Below, piece by piece: positions 13,841 through 25,483 of a DNA stretch of 64,000 bases. The notes below the pieces were generated by a model. It ran no database searches. It saw only the letters and a list, made by a program, of their open reading frames with translations, and was not told the origin of the DNA. How positions within the stretch are numbered: the first letter of the stretch is position 1; every line of letters starts with the position of its first letter. The DNA lies in assembly GCF_964204645.1 (NCBI RefSeq), contig NC_134028.1, positions 14,143,653 through 14,207,652 of the forward strand, read 5' to 3'. This DNA is from Tubulanus polymorphus. Its lineage: Eukaryota; Animalia; Nemertea. The position numbers and the translations under genes are program-made.

Positions 13841-13930
13841 AGTAATTGGAATATCAGGGGTTCAGATCAGAGGACGAGAGGACGAGACACCACTCATCAC
13901 CACAAGTAATTTTTTCCCCTAATAAATGGG
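13841..13930 (+). repeat. Left TIR of Polinton A (contains the pPolB start codon at 13926)
   Basis: Reverse complement of 30275-30364. Confidence 0.97.
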
Positions 13931-16900
13931 GGAGAATGAACACCATCTAGAAAACAATAATGTCAATAAAAATCAATATTATTGTCAATATTGTAAAAAA
14001 TACATCGATACATCTAATAAAACACGACATGAAAAAACTGCAAATCATATAAAAAATGTAATAGATTTTGAAACTCCAGAAAATTCCAATGAATGAAAAG
14101 AAAGATTAGAAAATATGAATGTGGATGAAATAAAATGTGAAGTTTGTAACGAATTTATAGTAAAAAGGAATTATAATAGACATCTCGAATCACAAAAACA
14201 CCACCAAAATTTGAGTAATAATGTTTTAGGAAAAGATTATTTTGATAATAAACCTCAACAAGTAAAAGAATCAACTTCAAAAACAAAATCTATTTCAAAT
14301 AAACCTTACATGGAAAATGTTAGAAATTATATTGATTCACTAGAAATAAAAGATACAATTGAAATTTTAGAAACATTACATAGTAAAATTGGTCCTGCAG
14401 CTATTATATTTAGATTTTTTAAAGGTACAACAATAGAAGATTATAGTAAATTTAATGAAATAATAGAAAAAATACTAGATTTGATAACAGATGTTGAATA
14501 TCCAAAAATTAGTATCTCTGGGAAAGTAAGTTTTATAAAGTCAGAAGAAAAAATGGATTATAATATTCAAACACTCTCTGAAGAAATAATTTCAAAAACA
14601 CAAATAAAAGAGAAGTTAGAAAAATATTAAATGAATTTAAACGTCATATTGAAGAAAGATATTTTGAGGGTTCTGGTTTAACATTGAATGAAATTATATA
14701 TTTAGATTTAAATGTTTATAATACAAAAAGAAATAAAACATCAAAAAGTAATAAAATGTTTAAAAATAATTCAAACTTTATAATAGAAAAAGATATGAAA
14801 GCATCAAGTTATATTAAATTACCATTTTTATCAAAAGCAATTATAAATGTTAAAAATGAAGACAACAAATGTTTTCTGTGGGCAATTATTAGTTGCTTAC
14901 ATCCATCACAGGAAAATGTTTGTAGAATAACAGATTATCGGAAATATGAAACATTATATAAAATTGATCAATATCCAGTAACTATAAAAATGATTCCTAA
15001 AATGGAAAAAGTTAATAATTTAAAAATAAATGTATTCGAATTAATGCAATTACCAAAGACAAAAGGTGAAAATATTAAAGATTATACATTGGAAGCTTTA
15101 TATTTAACAGAATATTATGATGATGAAAATGCTATAGATTTGTTATATTATAAAAAAGATGAAAATGAACATTATATGTGGTTAAAACAAATTGATTTAT
15201 TCTTTAGAACAGAAAGTGATCATCATAATAAAATTTATCTATGTAGAAAATGTTTATCCAAATTTATGACTGAGAATACATTATTAAAACATAAAGAATT
15301 ATGTGATAATAAAGATTTTTGTAAATTAATAATGCCAACAGAAAAAGATTATAAATTGAAATTTACTAATCATAAATTTAAAAATATTGTTCCATTTGTA
15401 ATTTATGGGGATTTTGAATCATTGAATAAAGAATTAACTGATCAAGATAGAAAAGAAATATATAACAAAAAGCAATTATTAAAATCAATGGATAAAGGAA
15501 GTGAATTAAATGAAGACATAATACAAGCAAGACCTACCAATTATAAATACAATTAAAAAAGTTCATCAAAGAGCTGCTGCTTATGGAATTTATATAAAAT
15601 CAAATTATCCCGAATTATATGAAAGTCAATATATTTCTTTTAGAGGTGAAAATGTAGTTAATGATTTTTGTGATAAAATTATTGAATTAGAAAGTGATTT
15701 TACAAAATTATTAAACAAAAATAAAAGAATAGTTATGACAAAAGAAGATGAAATTGATTTTAATTATGCAACTCATTGTTGTTATTGTGAAAAACGTTTT
15801 TATTCATTTGATAAAAGAGTTAGAGATCATGATCATTTAAATTCAAAATATCGTGGAGCTGCTCATGAAGATTGCAATTTACAAGCTAAAAAAGTAAATT
15901 TCGTACCAATATTATTTCATAATTTATCAGGTTATGATACCCATCTATTTATAAAACAATTATCGGGAAAATTGGGCGCAATTAATCAAGAAATAGAAGA
16001 ATATAATGCTATAAATGAAGCAAATGTAAGAAAATATGATTTTAAACTATTAGCTAAAACATCTGAAAATTATATTTCATTTCAATTTGGTTGCATTAGA
16101 TTTTTAGATTCTTATAGATTTCTAGCAAGTTCATTAGATAATTTATCAAAATCATTAGTTGATAATGATTTTGTTATAACTCGATATTATTATCCAAATG
16201 ACCAAGATTTTAAATTATTGAGATATAAAGGCGCAATTCCTTATTCATTTTATAAAACACACGATGATTTCAAAGAAACGAAATTATTGAAAGATCAATT
16301 TTATGATAAATTAAAAGAGGAGTATGTGAAAGACGAAGTTTTTGATAGAACATTAAATATTTGGAACCATTTTAAGATGAAAAATCATGGTGAATTAGTT
16401 GATTTATATTTAAAATCAGATGTTATGATATTGGCTGACATATTTGAAAAATTTAGAGAAGTTAATTTGAATCATTTTAATGTTGATCCTTGTTATTGCT
16501 ACTCTAGTCCTGGTTTAACCTGGCAATGTGGTTTAAAATATACAAATGTAGAATTAGATTTATTAAAAGAACCAGATATGGTTTTATTATTTGAAAAATC
16601 AATTAGAGGTGGAATTAGTGGTGTTATGGGAGATAGGTATTTTAAAGCAAATGATGAATATAAATTATTATATATTGACGCCAATAATTTATATGGTTGG
16701 GCAATGATGCAACCTCAACCATATAAAAATTTTATATTAACAGAAGTTGAAAATGATGATAAAACTAATTGGGAAAGCGCAATTATGAGTTTAGAAGATG
16801 AAGCACCAATTGGTTATTTCTTTGTAGTTGATTTAGAATATCCTGAAAATATAAAGTTTAAAACAAGAAACTTACCTTATTGCCCAGAACATTTAACTGT

Positions 16901-18986
16901 AGATGATAGTTATTTAAGTGAATACCAGAAGAAAATAAAACCGAAAGATCATGTTTTTACAGAAAAATTAATACTTACTCAAAATAATAAATACAATTAT
17001 ATTGTTCATTATAGAATGTTAAAATTTTATCTAAAACAAGGAATGAAATTAAAGAAAGTACATAAATATATTGAATTTAATCAATCAAAGTGGTTAGAAA
17101 AATATATAGATTTCAATACTCAACAGAGAACAATATCAAAAACAGATTTTGAGAAGGATTTTTTTAAATTAATGAATAATAGTTTTTATGGAAAAACATG
17201 TGAAAATATTAGAAATAGAAATGATATTGAATTAGTGAATAATTATGAAAGATTAAGGCATTTACAATCAAGTCCTAGACATTTAGGAAATAAAAGGTTT
17301 GAAGATTATTTAACCGCAGTAAAATTAAAAAGAACATCCATGAAATTTAATAAACCTATATTTATAGGTTCAACCGTTTTAGAAGTTTCAAAATTACTAA
17401 TGTATAATTTTCATTATAATGTTTTGCAACCACTTTTTTGGGAAAAACAAATTCTATACTTCGATTCTGTAACAGCTGACACCCCAATATTATTAAAATG
17501 TAATAATAAAATATTGGTAAGAAGAATTTCAGAAATAATTCCAAAACAAAATGAATGTTATATTTCATATGGTGAAAGAGAATTAATACAAATAAATGGA
17601 TTAATGGATGTTTGGACAAGAAATGGATGGAAAAAATTAAATAATATTATTAGACATAAAACAAATAAGAAAATCTATAGAGTTAGAACTAAATTAGGAT
17701 TTGTAGATGTTACAGAAGATCATAGTTTAATTAAACAAAATGGTGATGAAATAAAACCAACTGATATAAAAATTGGAGATGAATTATTACATAAAAGATT
17801 TTACCCAAGAATGAATCATATGTCATTTGATGAAATAATTGATAATATTTATAATATAGAACCCGAAACATTGGAAGAAAAAGAATATTTTATCAAAGGA
17901 TTTTTCATGGGTGATGGTTCAGCAGGTGTGTATAATTATGTTAGTGGAACTAAATATTGTTGGTATTTATGCAATCAAGACTTAAAATTATTAGAAAGAA
18001 TTAAGAAATTCTGTGAAGAAGTTTATCCAAATAAAACATTCAAAATCATAGATGTTATGAAATCATCAGCAGTTTATAGAATACTTGTAAATAATCCTAA
18101 AGATTTTGCTATAGAGTATAATGATGAATTCTATATTCATGCAATAGTGAAAAGTAATACTTCGACAAAAGAAAAGATAGTTCCAGATTATGTATTAAAT
18201 GCAAAAAATAATTTAAGAAAATGGTTCTTCATTGGGTTCTATGCCGCACATGGCACTAAAAAATTTACAAAGGATAAAAAGATAACCTTTGCACAGAAAG
18301 GAAAAGTTGCTATATCAGGATTGAATATATTATGTAATTCATTAGGCTTCAATATGAATATTGGGTTGATTAAATCTAAACCAAATTGTTTTAATTTAAG
18401 GCATGTAGAAAAAGATTTAACTGAAGAAGTTAAAGATTTATTTGAAATATATAACCCAACTGACTATGTTTATGATTTATCAACAGATGATGGAACATTC
18501 AATTCTGGGTTCCCATTAATCCAAAAAAATACTGACGCCTACATACTAAAAATCAAGACAAATGACATAACAAAAGACTTAAAAACATTAAAACCTCATT
18601 TTGATTTTAGCAATTATCCTAAAGATCATGAACTATTTAGCAATGATAATAAAAAGATTCCTGGTAAGTTTAAAGATGAATTAGGAGGTGATGAAATGAT
18701 TGAATTTGTTGGGATAAGAAGTAAAATGTATAGTTACAGAACAAAAGATCATGAAGCTAAAAAGTTAAAAGGAATAACAAAACATGTGGTTGATAAACAT
18801 ATAGAATTTCAAGATTATATAAAGTGTTTATATAAATCAATTGTAATGAAACACAAAATGAATTGTTTAAGATCAGAAGATCATGAGATGTACATTAATG
18901 AAGTTGAAAAAACTAGTTTAAATCCATTTGATGATAAAAGGCATATTTTAGATGATGGTATAAAAACATTACCTTATGGCCATTAA
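13926..18986 (+). pseudogene. polB: Protein-primed family B DNA polymerase of element A, with intein (stop at 14094, frameshifts ~14630 and ~15540)
   Basis: YGDFES (Exo I), RDHDH...AHEDCN, FHNLSGYD (Exo II), YLKSD (Exo III), DANNLYG (motif A), KLMNNSFYGK (motif B), YFD|TD (motif C split by intein), KMY, KLKG. Confidence 0.95.
17466..18530 (+). other. Intein (355 aa) with LAGLIDADG homing endonuclease, in pPolB motif C
   Basis: Block A SVTADTPILL, block B VTEDHSL, LAGLIDADG helices FIKGFFMGDGS and FFIGFYAAHGT, block F VYDLSTDDGTF, C-terminal KN followed by +1 Thr. Removing it restores YFDTDA, matching the empty site YFDTDS at 51163-51180. Confidence 0.95.
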
Positions 18987-19345
18987 AACATAAAATCAAT
19001 ATCATCATACTCGAAATCACTATTGGCTTCTTCATTTTCATTTAATTGTTCAGGTTCTTCTTCCATTCCATTTTTCTCATTTAAATAAAGTTCTATCTTG
19101 TTCCACATTTCATCTCGCTCTCTTTGTTTCTTTTTGTTTGTTAATTCATCAAATGGAATTATAATATCTAGGTTTAAATAATTTACAATCTTATTTAAAA
19201 AGAATTCATAATTTATTGAATCTGTTATTCTATTTTCCAAATAATACATTAATATTTGTTTGAATATTTTTTTTATATTTTTCATATCTTCTTCTGTTAA
19301 TTTAGGTTTTTCATAATAATCGTTAAATAATAAATATAAATACAT
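18983..19345 (-). CDS. Hypothetical protein with acidic C-terminus (possibly frameshifted tail of 19297-20286)
   Basis: ORF track; overlaps the upstream minus-strand ORF. Confidence 0.45.
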   Translation of the reverse strand: MYLYLLFNDYYEKPKLTEEDMKNIKKIFKQILMYYLENRITDSINYEFFLNKIVNYLNLDIIIPFDELTNKKKQRERDEMWNKIELYLNEKNGMEEEPEQLNENEEANSDFEYDDIDFMF

Positions 19346-20286
19346 TTTCTTTTGTTAAATGTTGGTGGAATAATTGTTTTTATAATATCTTTTTTAGTTA
19401 TTTCACCATTTTTATTTTCTATTATTTTCATTTTTTCAAGCCATTGCATATATTCTGGTGTATGATCTTCTATAGAAAATATTTTAAAAATTTCATCAAG
19501 ATAATTTAATTTTGAATCTATGAGAAAATTTCTAGTTTTTTCTTCACCCCATAAATTCTTTTGCCATCCACAATCAACACAAAATAACACAGTACCTTCT
19601 TGGGTTAAGGTCGCATAACTACATTGTGGGCATTTTTGTTTATAATTTATTGGTAATAGATCTTCATTAAGCTCTTGGTATTTTCTTACGTTTTCTTTAT
19701 GTTTTATTGTTCTATTATGTAGATTTGAATTACTTGTTGTAATAATCAATTTACAATATTTACAATAATATGTTTTTCTTGTTAATTCATTATATTGTTT
19801 TTCTAACTTTTCAACTGTTTCTTCATTATCTGGTAACGTTTTCTCATATTTTATTTTTTCTAATAAATTATTTTTTCTTTCATTGAATTCAGTTTCAAAT
19901 TTATTAGAAATTTTATCTATATGTGCTTTACGAAATTGATGATTCTCCCAATCTTCTATATTTTCAGGACAAAATCTTATTCGACAATGCTCACATAAAT
20001 TATTCTTTACATTATTCTTGTCATAAAATAAAAAAGGTCTTTTCCAAATAGGTTCAACTTCAACAGAATTATTATTACTTTCGTTACTACCAACATTAAT
20101 TATTAAGTCTTTAATTCTACACTTCTCTGAATGTTTTTTAACATAATTTCTTGAGAATAATTTATTACATTTTGGGCAGTTTATTTTAGGGGGTTTATAA
20201 TTTTCATCATGTTTTTTCATATGTCGAGCCTTATTACTTTTTCTTAGAAGTTCACCACAAATTTCACATGCTATCTTCTCTTCCAT
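19297..20286 (-). CDS. Multi-zinc-finger protein (C2H2-type)
   Basis: Repeated CxxC...HxxxH motifs (CEIC...HMKKH, CPKC...H, CKYC...HNRTIKH). Start in TAAATG. Confidence 0.8.
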   Translation of the reverse strand: MEEKIACEICGELLRKSNKARHMKKHDENYKPPKINCPKCNKLFSRNYVKKHSEKCRIKDLIINVGSNESNNNSVEVEPIWKRPFLFYDKNNVKNNLCEHCRIRFCPENIEDWENHQFRKAHIDKISNKFETEFNERKNNLLEKIKYEKTLPDNEETVEKLEKQYNELTRKTYYCKYCKLIITTSNSNLHNRTIKHKENVRKYQELNEDLLPINYKQKCPQCSYATLTQEGTVLFCVDCGWQKNLWGEEKTRNFLIDSKLNYLDEIFKIFSIEDHTPEYMQWLEKMKIIENKNGEITKKDIIKTIIPPTFNKRKCIYIYYLTIIMKNLN

Positions 20287-20355
20287 TTATTTAGAAAAAA
20301 ATTTTATTAAAATTAATTTTTAGTGATGAGCGGTAATTTTTTTATGTTATAAATA

Positions 20356-21114
20356 ATGGTAGAATTAAAAGAATACAGAATATTTGTTGATTCTAGAAGG
20401 CTTACAAATTATAAATCACATAATTTACTAGTACAATTAGATAGAGAATTTAAGAATTGTGTAGATTTAAAATTAGTAAATATAAGTTTATGTAATTCTT
20501 TTTATAATATATCGGATAAAACTTTCGAACATAGAGGTTTTGCAATTCATATGAAAAATAAAAATAAATGGTTTTATCTAATGTTAAAACCAGGGTTATA
20601 TAATTTAGAAACATTAGCCCAAGAAATTAATCGGAGAGCACGATTAAAACTTGGAAGTGAATATAAATTTTCAATTAGATTTATAAAAAGTGATAGTTCT
20701 GATAAAATTAAAATAAAGTTAGATGATGAAAGCAAACATGCATTTATGGTAAGGAAACCTTTAGCTAAACTGTTAGGAATTAAACCACAAATTGTTACAG
20801 GAAACGTAGACGGTAATTCAAATATAATACCTTTTACACATTTTTATATTTATTGCAATTTAATCGATCCTACAAAAACATTTGAAGCAACTAAAGATAC
20901 AACATGTAATTCTGGTTTACTAAACATTTTACCATTGAAGAATGTTAAACAATTTGGAACGCAAATAAATTATAATTTAACAGAATGTGATTTTAAACCT
21001 TGCATTCCTCATTTTAATAATTTTAGATTAGAAATAAGAAATCATAATGGATACTTAATTGATTTGAATAACTTTCCTGTAATTTATGAATTAGTTATAA
21101 GATGTAAAGAGTAA
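20356..21114 (+). CDS. Minor capsid protein (penton, single jelly-roll)
   Basis: IFVDSR N-terminus and FYIYCNLIDP...FRLEIRNHNGYLIDLNNFPVIYELVIR C-terminus are typical of Polinton/virophage pentons (by recall). Confidence 0.75.
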   Translation: MVELKEYRIFVDSRRLTNYKSHNLLVQLDREFKNCVDLKLVNISLCNSFYNISDKTFEHRGFAIHMKNKNKWFYLMLKPGLYNLETLAQEINRRARLKLGSEYKFSIRFIKSDSSDKIKIKLDDESKHAFMVRKPLAKLLGIKPQIVTGNVDGNSNIIPFTHFYIYCNLIDPTKTFEATKDTTCNSGLLNILPLKNVKQFGTQINYNLTECDFKPCIPHFNNFRLEIRNHNGYLIDLNNFPVIYELVIRCKE

Positions 21115-21130
21115 TTTTTCACCTTTATAA

Positions 21131-21472
21131 ATGAATATAACTGTTGGACCGAGTATATGTTTTGGGTTTGATTTTAAACATGGTAAAGAAATGAGAATTA
21201 AACTAAATGATGTAATTACTGATATAAAAAGTAAATCATTTAACAATGCATCAATGATTGATAAAGAAAAGTATAATATAGAAAAAGTAATTGATTTAAT
21301 TAAATCACCTTTAGAATATTATGAATTAAATAAAGATGGAATTATAGATGATATCAAAAACATATTATCCAAAATATATGATAATCATAAAACTAGTAAT
21401 GAAATAAATGTTGAAATAATCATAAATAAGTTAACTAAATATTTTGAAGATAGTAATTTTTTTGATAAATAA
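21131..21472 (+). CDS. Hypothetical Polinton protein
   Basis: Conserved in the copy at 52873-53237; TAAATG start. Confidence 0.75.
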   Translation: MNITVGPSICFGFDFKHGKEMRIKLNDVITDIKSKSFNNASMIDKEKYNIEKVIDLIKSPLEYYELNKDGIIDDIKNILSKIYDNHKTSNEINVEIIINKLTKYFEDSNFFDK

Positions 21473-21694
21473 ATGAGTGATAATAAGTGGATAATAACTG
21501 GATTATATAATGGCGCATTACTATCAGTTGGAACTGTTGGTTATTCAATGGTATTAAAAAAAGTATTCAAAATGGGAAGTGTTAATGTTGATAGATTTGA
21601 TATAAATGATATTTTAAAGTTAACATTAGCAGTTACTTTATCTAATTTAACTATTGATTATTTGGAAAAACAAAAATATATTCCTCCCATATAA
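21473..21694 (+). CDS. Small hydrophobic/membrane protein
   Basis: Near-identical copy at 53238-53459; two hydrophobic stretches. Confidence 0.75.
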   Translation: MSDNKWIITGLYNGALLSVGTVGYSMVLKKVFKMGSVNVDRFDINDILKLTLAVTLSNLTIDYLEKQKYIPPI

Positions 21695-21719
21695 ATGCAT
21701 AATTTTTTTTGCTAAATAA

Positions 21720-22142
21720 ATGGCTTCTGCAATTATAACTATTATAGGATCGGCAATTGTTAACGCTTTAGCATTTACTGGTGGTGGTTATTTATTTAAA
21801 CATATTGATAAAAATAGTTCATTAGGAGAACAAAGAAGACATAACTTAGCGTTAGAGAAATACAATAAAGCTGCAGAAGAATATAGAGAAAAGAGACAAA
21901 ACTATATGGATTACATCAATAAAGAATTATATGATCAGAAGATTTCACATAGAGATTTTCAATCAGTTGATGATGCAATGAGTTTATATAACGCGGTAAC
22001 CAATAAAGAAAAATTACAACTATACAAACCCAAATTATCAGATTATTATACCCCAAGTAAAGAACAACAGAAATATGAAATAATTTGGATTTTAGGTGGA
22101 ACAGTTATTGTTATATTTGTTGCTTATAAGTTTACTAATTAG
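21720..22142 (+). CDS. Membrane protein (N- and C-terminal hydrophobic segments)
   Basis: Copy at 53484-53906; IWILGGTVIVIFVAY C-terminal anchor. Confidence 0.78.
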   Translation: MASAIITIIGSAIVNALAFTGGGYLFKHIDKNSSLGEQRRHNLALEKYNKAAEEYREKRQNYMDYINKELYDQKISHRDFQSVDDAMSLYNAVTNKEKLQLYKPKLSDYYTPSKEQQKYEIIWILGGTVIVIFVAYKFTN

Positions 22143-22161
22143 TAATTTTTATTCTAAATAA

Positions 22162-22596
22162 ATGGAAGATAAAGTTGATAGTATTGATATTATTCCTCAT
22201 GATATAAATAAAACTAAATTAAAAACATATTTAGAAAAACAAATATTAGAATTTGAAAGTGACTTGGAGATAAAAAAGAAAAAATATTTAAAAAGTAAAA
22301 TTATATATTATTTGATTATAAGTGGTTCGGTTACAATTAGTTCTGTAATAACATTTCTAGCAATATTCAGTCCATTAACACCTTTAGCTATATCAATTGG
22401 TGTGTTAGGATTAAGTTCAAGTGTTTTAACTGGTATAAGTTCAAAATTAAATATAAAAAGTAATAAAGAAAAAATTAAAACTAATATAAAAGAAATAAAT
22501 AAATTAAAGAACACACTAGATTATATAATAAGTTTAAATGGTCATATAACAGTTGAAGAACAAGATAAATTATTAAAAGAATTAATAAATTATTAA
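22162..22596 (+). CDS. Two-TM coiled-coil membrane protein
   Basis: Central hydrophobic hairpin; copy at 53926-54351. Confidence 0.78.
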   Translation: MEDKVDSIDIIPHDINKTKLKTYLEKQILEFESDLEIKKKKYLKSKIIYYLIISGSVTISSVITFLAIFSPLTPLAISIGVLGLSSSVLTGISSKLNIKSNKEKIKTNIKEINKLKNTLDYIISLNGHITVEEQDKLLKELINY

Positions 22597-22612
22597 TTTT
22601 TTAATTATATAA

Positions 22613-24019
22613 ATGGCAGATAGTTTTCCAAAAGCTTTCCAATATAATAAATCAATTAAATATAATATTCCAGCAATAGATTTTAATAAAGATATTACAT
22701 ATAGAAATGAAGTTTTAGATTCATTAACTAATTTAGAAATTTATATTACTGAAACTAATAATTTTAATGCAAAGATGGAAAATATATTTCATGTATATTT
22801 AATTAATTTTAAAAAATTAAAAGATGAAAAACAATGGTTATTAAAATCTAATATGAAGTATTGGCAGAATCAATTAAATTTTGCTGTTTATTGTGCAACA
22901 ACAGGATGTGGAATAAGTTGGAATGATCATTTGAATAATTCTAAATATAAACTAATTCAAAGTTTATTTAGATTTCATACATACTTTCAAATCAGAATAA
23001 TATTAAATGAATTAGAGTGCGCTTTACCAGGATCTAGATATTTTAAAGAATTAGATAATAATATTAATTTATCAAAGTTTTATAAAATTTGCAATGAATT
23101 TAATATAGATATAAATAATTCTGATTTTAGAACAAAAATTGGAACAATAAGATCACTTCCTTGCCCTAAAAAGATATATTGTAAAAGGTATATTGCAGAA
23201 TATTGTGCACTTCCCATACCATCTAATAGTTTTTATAATATCTATAATAATAAATTAGGTTATGGTAAAATAGAAACAAAGGATTTAGAAACATTAAATT
23301 TCAATAAATTACCAAAATTTTATGATAATTTAAAACAAGAAAACAATAATGGTTGGGTTTATTTTATTTTAGAAAATAGTGAAGGTTTTACAAAATCAGG
23401 TATAGAAAGAATTAATCAATCTATTAGAACTTATTTGATTTGTATTCTAGGATCACAAGTTGAAACAAGATCACCGATAATTGGAAATTTGAATACATCA
23501 TTCGATACACAAAAACAGTTTAAAGTTTTATTTGAAGATTCCATTCATAATGATAAAAATAGATCGATTCCAGAAAACATTATAAGATATCAAAATTATT
23601 TAGATAAATCTCATGTAAGACTTAATTATTGTATAGGCCCTAATCTATTAATTATTTCTAATGATTTAGTATTAAAGATGGGAAATATAATTGGTTATAA
23701 TAATCTAATTAAAACTGCAACAATAAATAATTCATTTGGATTAAATGATATAAATAAAAAGATTATTACTGCTCCAAAATTAATGGAAGGTGAAAAAAAT
23801 AAAAAACACATTCAATCAACAGAAACTAAAACTAAGAATATTAAATTAAATAATGATTCTAAAATAAAAGATTACAATACTACAGAAAATAATAGAACTG
23901 ATATTATTCAACATGATATAATTAAACTAAATGATGATAATAAATCCCATGAAAATACTAAATTAGCTATAACTTGTATAGGAATTGTAATCGGAGGAAT
24001 ATTATATTTTAAATTTTAA
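22613..24019 (+). CDS. 468-aa uncharacterized protein with C-terminal membrane anchor (candidate virion surface protein)
   Basis: Intact ORF ending LAITCIGIVIGGILYFKF; copy at 54368-55757. Confidence 0.8.
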   Translation: MADSFPKAFQYNKSIKYNIPAIDFNKDITYRNEVLDSLTNLEIYITETNNFNAKMENIFHVYLINFKKLKDEKQWLLKSNMKYWQNQLNFAVYCATTGCGISWNDHLNNSKYKLIQSLFRFHTYFQIRIILNELECALPGSRYFKELDNNINLSKFYKICNEFNIDINNSDFRTKIGTIRSLPCPKKIYCKRYIAEYCALPIPSNSFYNIYNNKLGYGKIETKDLETLNFNKLPKFYDNLKQENNNGWVYFILENSEGFTKSGIERINQSIRTYLICILGSQVETRSPIIGNLNTSFDTQKQFKVLFEDSIHNDKNRSIPENIIRYQNYLDKSHVRLNYCIGPNLLIISNDLVLKMGNIIGYNNLIKTATINNSFGLNDINKKIITAPKLMEGEKNKKHIQSTETKTKNIKLNNDSKIKDYNTTENNRTDIIQHDIIKLNDDNKSHENTKLAITCIGIVIGGILYFKF

Positions 24020-24035
24020 TTTTTTTATTATATAA

Positions 24036-25463
24036 ATGGATGTAGAAGGTGTAGAAGATATTGGAATGGATCCTTTTGATGAACCTAACATAACTGATGA
24101 ACAACCACCTGATTTTGATGAAACAAGTTTTAATGATGGTAATGAACCAGAATATAACAATAATTTAAATATGCCTGAAAAATGCTGAATCACAATTAAA
24201 TCCTGAAAATTTAGACCCAGATTTAGTAAAACAAGATTTAGATAATTTAAACAAAATACCTAAATTAGAAGATTTAATTGAAAAATCTAATTTTAACATA
24301 AATGATGAAGACGTTGGACTTTTAGCAGATCAATTAAAATTTTTAGATAATGGTAAATGTTATTATCGTTTGAAAGGTGATTATTATATTGATATCACTT
24401 ATAAAAATAATAAAAATAAAATATTATCAGAATCAACTTTAGAAAAATTAAAACCAGATAGAATTAAAATAATAAGTAATAGTAATGAAATAACTGATGT
24501 TACACAAAAAGAAATAGATGATAATAGAGATGTATTTAAACAAAGAATTAATGAATTATTTGAAATAATCAAAAAGAAATCAGAAACAGAAACAACTTCT
24601 GAACAGAATATAACTTCCAAAAATAGTAAACTTAGATCAAATAAAGTTCCAATTGAAAAACTTTTACCGAATGGATTACTTGATGCAACAGATCAAGAAT
24701 TAGAAGATTTAGATATATTTTCTGATAAAGCAATTAGAGAAATTATTAGTATAAGACTTGCATCTGATAAAATTGCACATAATAAAAGTATAAGAGATTT
24801 TAAAATTAGAACTTTAGAAAAAGAATTAACTGATAAAAATAAAGAAATAGAACAATTAAAGTCTGATTTAGATCATCAAGTAATTGATGAAATAGAATAT
24901 AGACAAAAAGAATTACGTTTAGAAAAAGAAAAAGATGATTTAGAATATAACATAGAATTACAAAAAGAAGAAATTAAATTATTGTTAAAATCATATGATT
25001 ATAATATTAATAGATTAAAAGTTATTTTTATAGATTTGTTGATTAAACCAAATTCTGAAATATCATTAAAAGACAGGATGAAGTTATTATTTAAATTAGA
25101 AGGAATAACAATTCTTTCAATTCTAACAGCTGTAACTATGTTATTTACAACAATTGGTTTAGCAATATCAAATGCTTTGAAATCTACTCCTACTCCCACT
25201 CCTAATAAACCAGATAAACCTCCAAGCAATAATTCTATACAAGATAAAGTTAAAGATGGTTTAAAGAAATTAGCAAAATATTTATGGAACTATCTAAAAA
25301 ATCTGCTGCAGCATTACCAGGAGTTATTGCTTCAATTGTTGGTTTTATATTGAAATCTGCAGGTAATATTCTTAACTTTGCTGCTGAACATATTATTTTA
25401 TTTTTAATCACAGTTGTAAGTGCTATTATTTTTGGGTTAGTAAATATGATTAAAAATAAATAA
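24036..25463 (+). pseudogene. Acidic/coiled-coil protein with C-terminal TM segments (two frameshifts)
   Basis: ATG in TAAATG at 24036; central ORF 24370-25353; homolog at 55774-57202. Confidence 0.75.
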
Positions 25464-25483
25464 TTAATTTTTTTGTTAAATAA

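Noticed and set aside
17466-18530. Group I intron or Hedgehog-type Hint domain instead of an intein
   Set aside because: The insertion is in frame with protein-splicing termini on both sides and an internal LAGLIDADG domain, and precise removal restores motif C.
13926-18986. Alternative genetic code or programmed frameshifting explaining the stops
   Set aside because: Stops and frameshifts occur at different positions in each copy and involve all stop types, consistent with neutral decay (or sequencing error).
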